Shown here one piece after another: positions 62,270 to 64,000 of a stretch of DNA of 64,000 nt. Positions within the stretch are counted from its first letter, which is position 1; every line of letters begins with the position of its first letter. Position numbers and translations under genes: made by a program. This DNA comes from Somniosus microcephalus. Taxonomy: Eukaryota. The stretch covers positions 201,810,001 to 201,874,000 of the forward strand of contig CM126213.1 of assembly GCA_052327205.1 (NCBI GenBank), in the 5' to 3' direction. The notes under the pieces are model-generated. The model was given only the letters and a program-made list of their open reading frames with translations, was not told where the DNA came from and did no database searches.

Positions 62270-64000
62270 ACTGTGTGAATGTGGCTGAAAATTGCTGGAG
62301 GTGAAGTTAAATCCTTTTCATGGGACACTGGCACCAGTTCTGGGACAGGAAGGAGCTGTACTGATGGGACAGGAAGGAGCTGTAATGATGGGACGGGCTC
62401 CACCTGAACCAGGATGGGACCAGTGTCCTAGTGGAAAGAGTAAACAGGGAGGTGGGAAAGGCTTTAAACTAGTAAGAAGGGGGAAGGGATCTACAAGAAA
62501 CGTAAGCAGCCTAAATATAAAGAAAAGCAGGAAAAGTGTGCATAGGAAAGAATAAAGTAAGGGAGGACATTGACGCCAAGGGAGCAAATAGAATTATAGA
62601 ACAGGAGTCTAAAAAGAGAGGAAATCCTATTAAAAATGAGTTAAACGGTCTGTACAGCAATGCACAGTGTCTGTAATAAAACAGGGGAGCTGGAGGCAAA
62701 CATGCGTTGGGAGGAACCAGACATAGTAGGGATTACTGAGACATGGCTGCAGAAAAATCAGGACTGGGAATTAAACATTGCAGGATATAACATATTTAGA
62801 AAAAATAGAGGGAAAAAGGGCAGATGGAGTAGCTGTACTTATTAGGGATAACATAATGGAAGTAGAAAAAAGGGACGTAGATATCAGTAAGACAAGAATA
62901 GAATTCGGATTTCCAGCATCTGCAGTATTTTGCTATCGCAAAAATAGAATCCATATGGATAGAGATAAAAGATAATAAAGGATCAATCACATGAATAGGC
63001 ATAGTCTACAGACCACCTAATAGTGGAAGGGAGTTAGAGGAAGAAATATACAGACAAATTAGAGAAATGAGTAAAAATATAATAATGGGGGATTTCAACT
63101 ACCCTGATATTAATTGGACAGAAGAGGTAGGTAAAGGGGATAAGGGAATGGAGTTCCTACAATGTCTAGAGGACTCCTTTCTAACCCAATATGTAAAAAG
63201 CCCAAGAAGGAAGGATTCACTATTGGATCTAGTTATGGGGAATGAGCCAGAGAAGTAAAAGTAGGGGAACATATAGGCGATAGTGACCATAATATAATAC
63301 GCTTGAAGATGATAATAGAGGACATAAGTATGACAAAAACCAGGGTAATAAATTGGAGAAAAGCTGATTTTGAGGGGCTGAGAATAGAACTTGGGAAGAT
63401 AAACTGGGCAACAATATTGGCAAACAACAATGTAGAATGACAATGGGAAACATTTAAAACGGTGTTCAACAGAGTGCAGGAAAAATATTTTCCACTAAAA
63501 GTAAAGAACAAACTAAACACTAATAAGACTCCATGGATGAATAAAGACATAATGGAACAATTGAGGGTAAGGAAAGAGGCATGCATTAAGTACATAGACA
63601 GCAGAGGAGTGCATGCTAAGAGAGAATATGAAGGGATTAGGAGAGAAGTAAAAAAAAAAACAATTAGGAAGGCAAAGAGGAACTATGAAATGAAATTATC
63701 AAGGAACATAAAACAAAATAGTAAAATATTTTACAGGCACATCAATAAAAAAAAAGGAAGGTTGGGATGGGAAATGGGGCCATTAAGGGTCAGACAGGTA
63801 ACAATAGGGAGATGGCAGAAATATTAAATAATTATTTTGCTTTGGTATTTACCAGGGAGATAGAACAGGTGGACATGACATTGGATGATGAGATGAGTAA
63901 TGAGATAAGTGCATTTAAAATAAAAAGGGGATATATTAAATAAACTAATCAAACTCGAAGAGGATAAAACCCCTGGTCCAGATGGATTGCAACCATGCAT
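62270..64000 (+). mobile_element. Degenerate CR1 (ORF1 end, ORF2 APE and linker), runs off the window
   Basis: MGHWHQFWDR...DGLHLN; DIVGITETW, VYRPP, IMGDFNYPDINW, GPDGLQP. Confidence 0.85.

Noticed and set aside
62340-62384. Short tandem duplication tgggacaggaaggagctgta
   Set aside because: Local slippage in a dead CR1 ORF1.

Overview
Eukaryotic, repeat-rich vertebrate DNA, most likely a cartilaginous fish (shark): it carries an HE1-type V-SINE, SacSINE1-type DeuSINEs and many CR1 LINEs. The only host gene I can support is a minus-strand CEACAM-like immunoglobulin-superfamily receptor that the ORF track mostly misses. I traced six exons with GT-AG junctions and consistent phases: two IgC2 exons (57272-56997, 56902-56645), a transmembrane exon with LSGGAIAGIVI (51244-51118) and three small cytoplasmic exons (30901-30849, 30603-30547, 28314-28271). 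The tail has an ITSM (TEYATV) behind a 53-bp exon whose skipping would frameshift to a short motif-less tail, as in mammalian CEACAM1-L/S. The leader/IgV exons and the last exon were not found. The rest is nested transposons: a decayed full-length Mag-type Gypsy LTR element (3783-8885), triple-nested CR1s (20755-27495), L2s, SINEs, non-autonomous PIF/Harbinger elements retaining Myb/SANT sequence, Penelope-like fragments with covarying minimal hammerhead motifs, Helitron-like elements, and a ~4.3-kb gapped polypyrimidine minisatellite. All alignments and translations were done by eye; no database searches were run.
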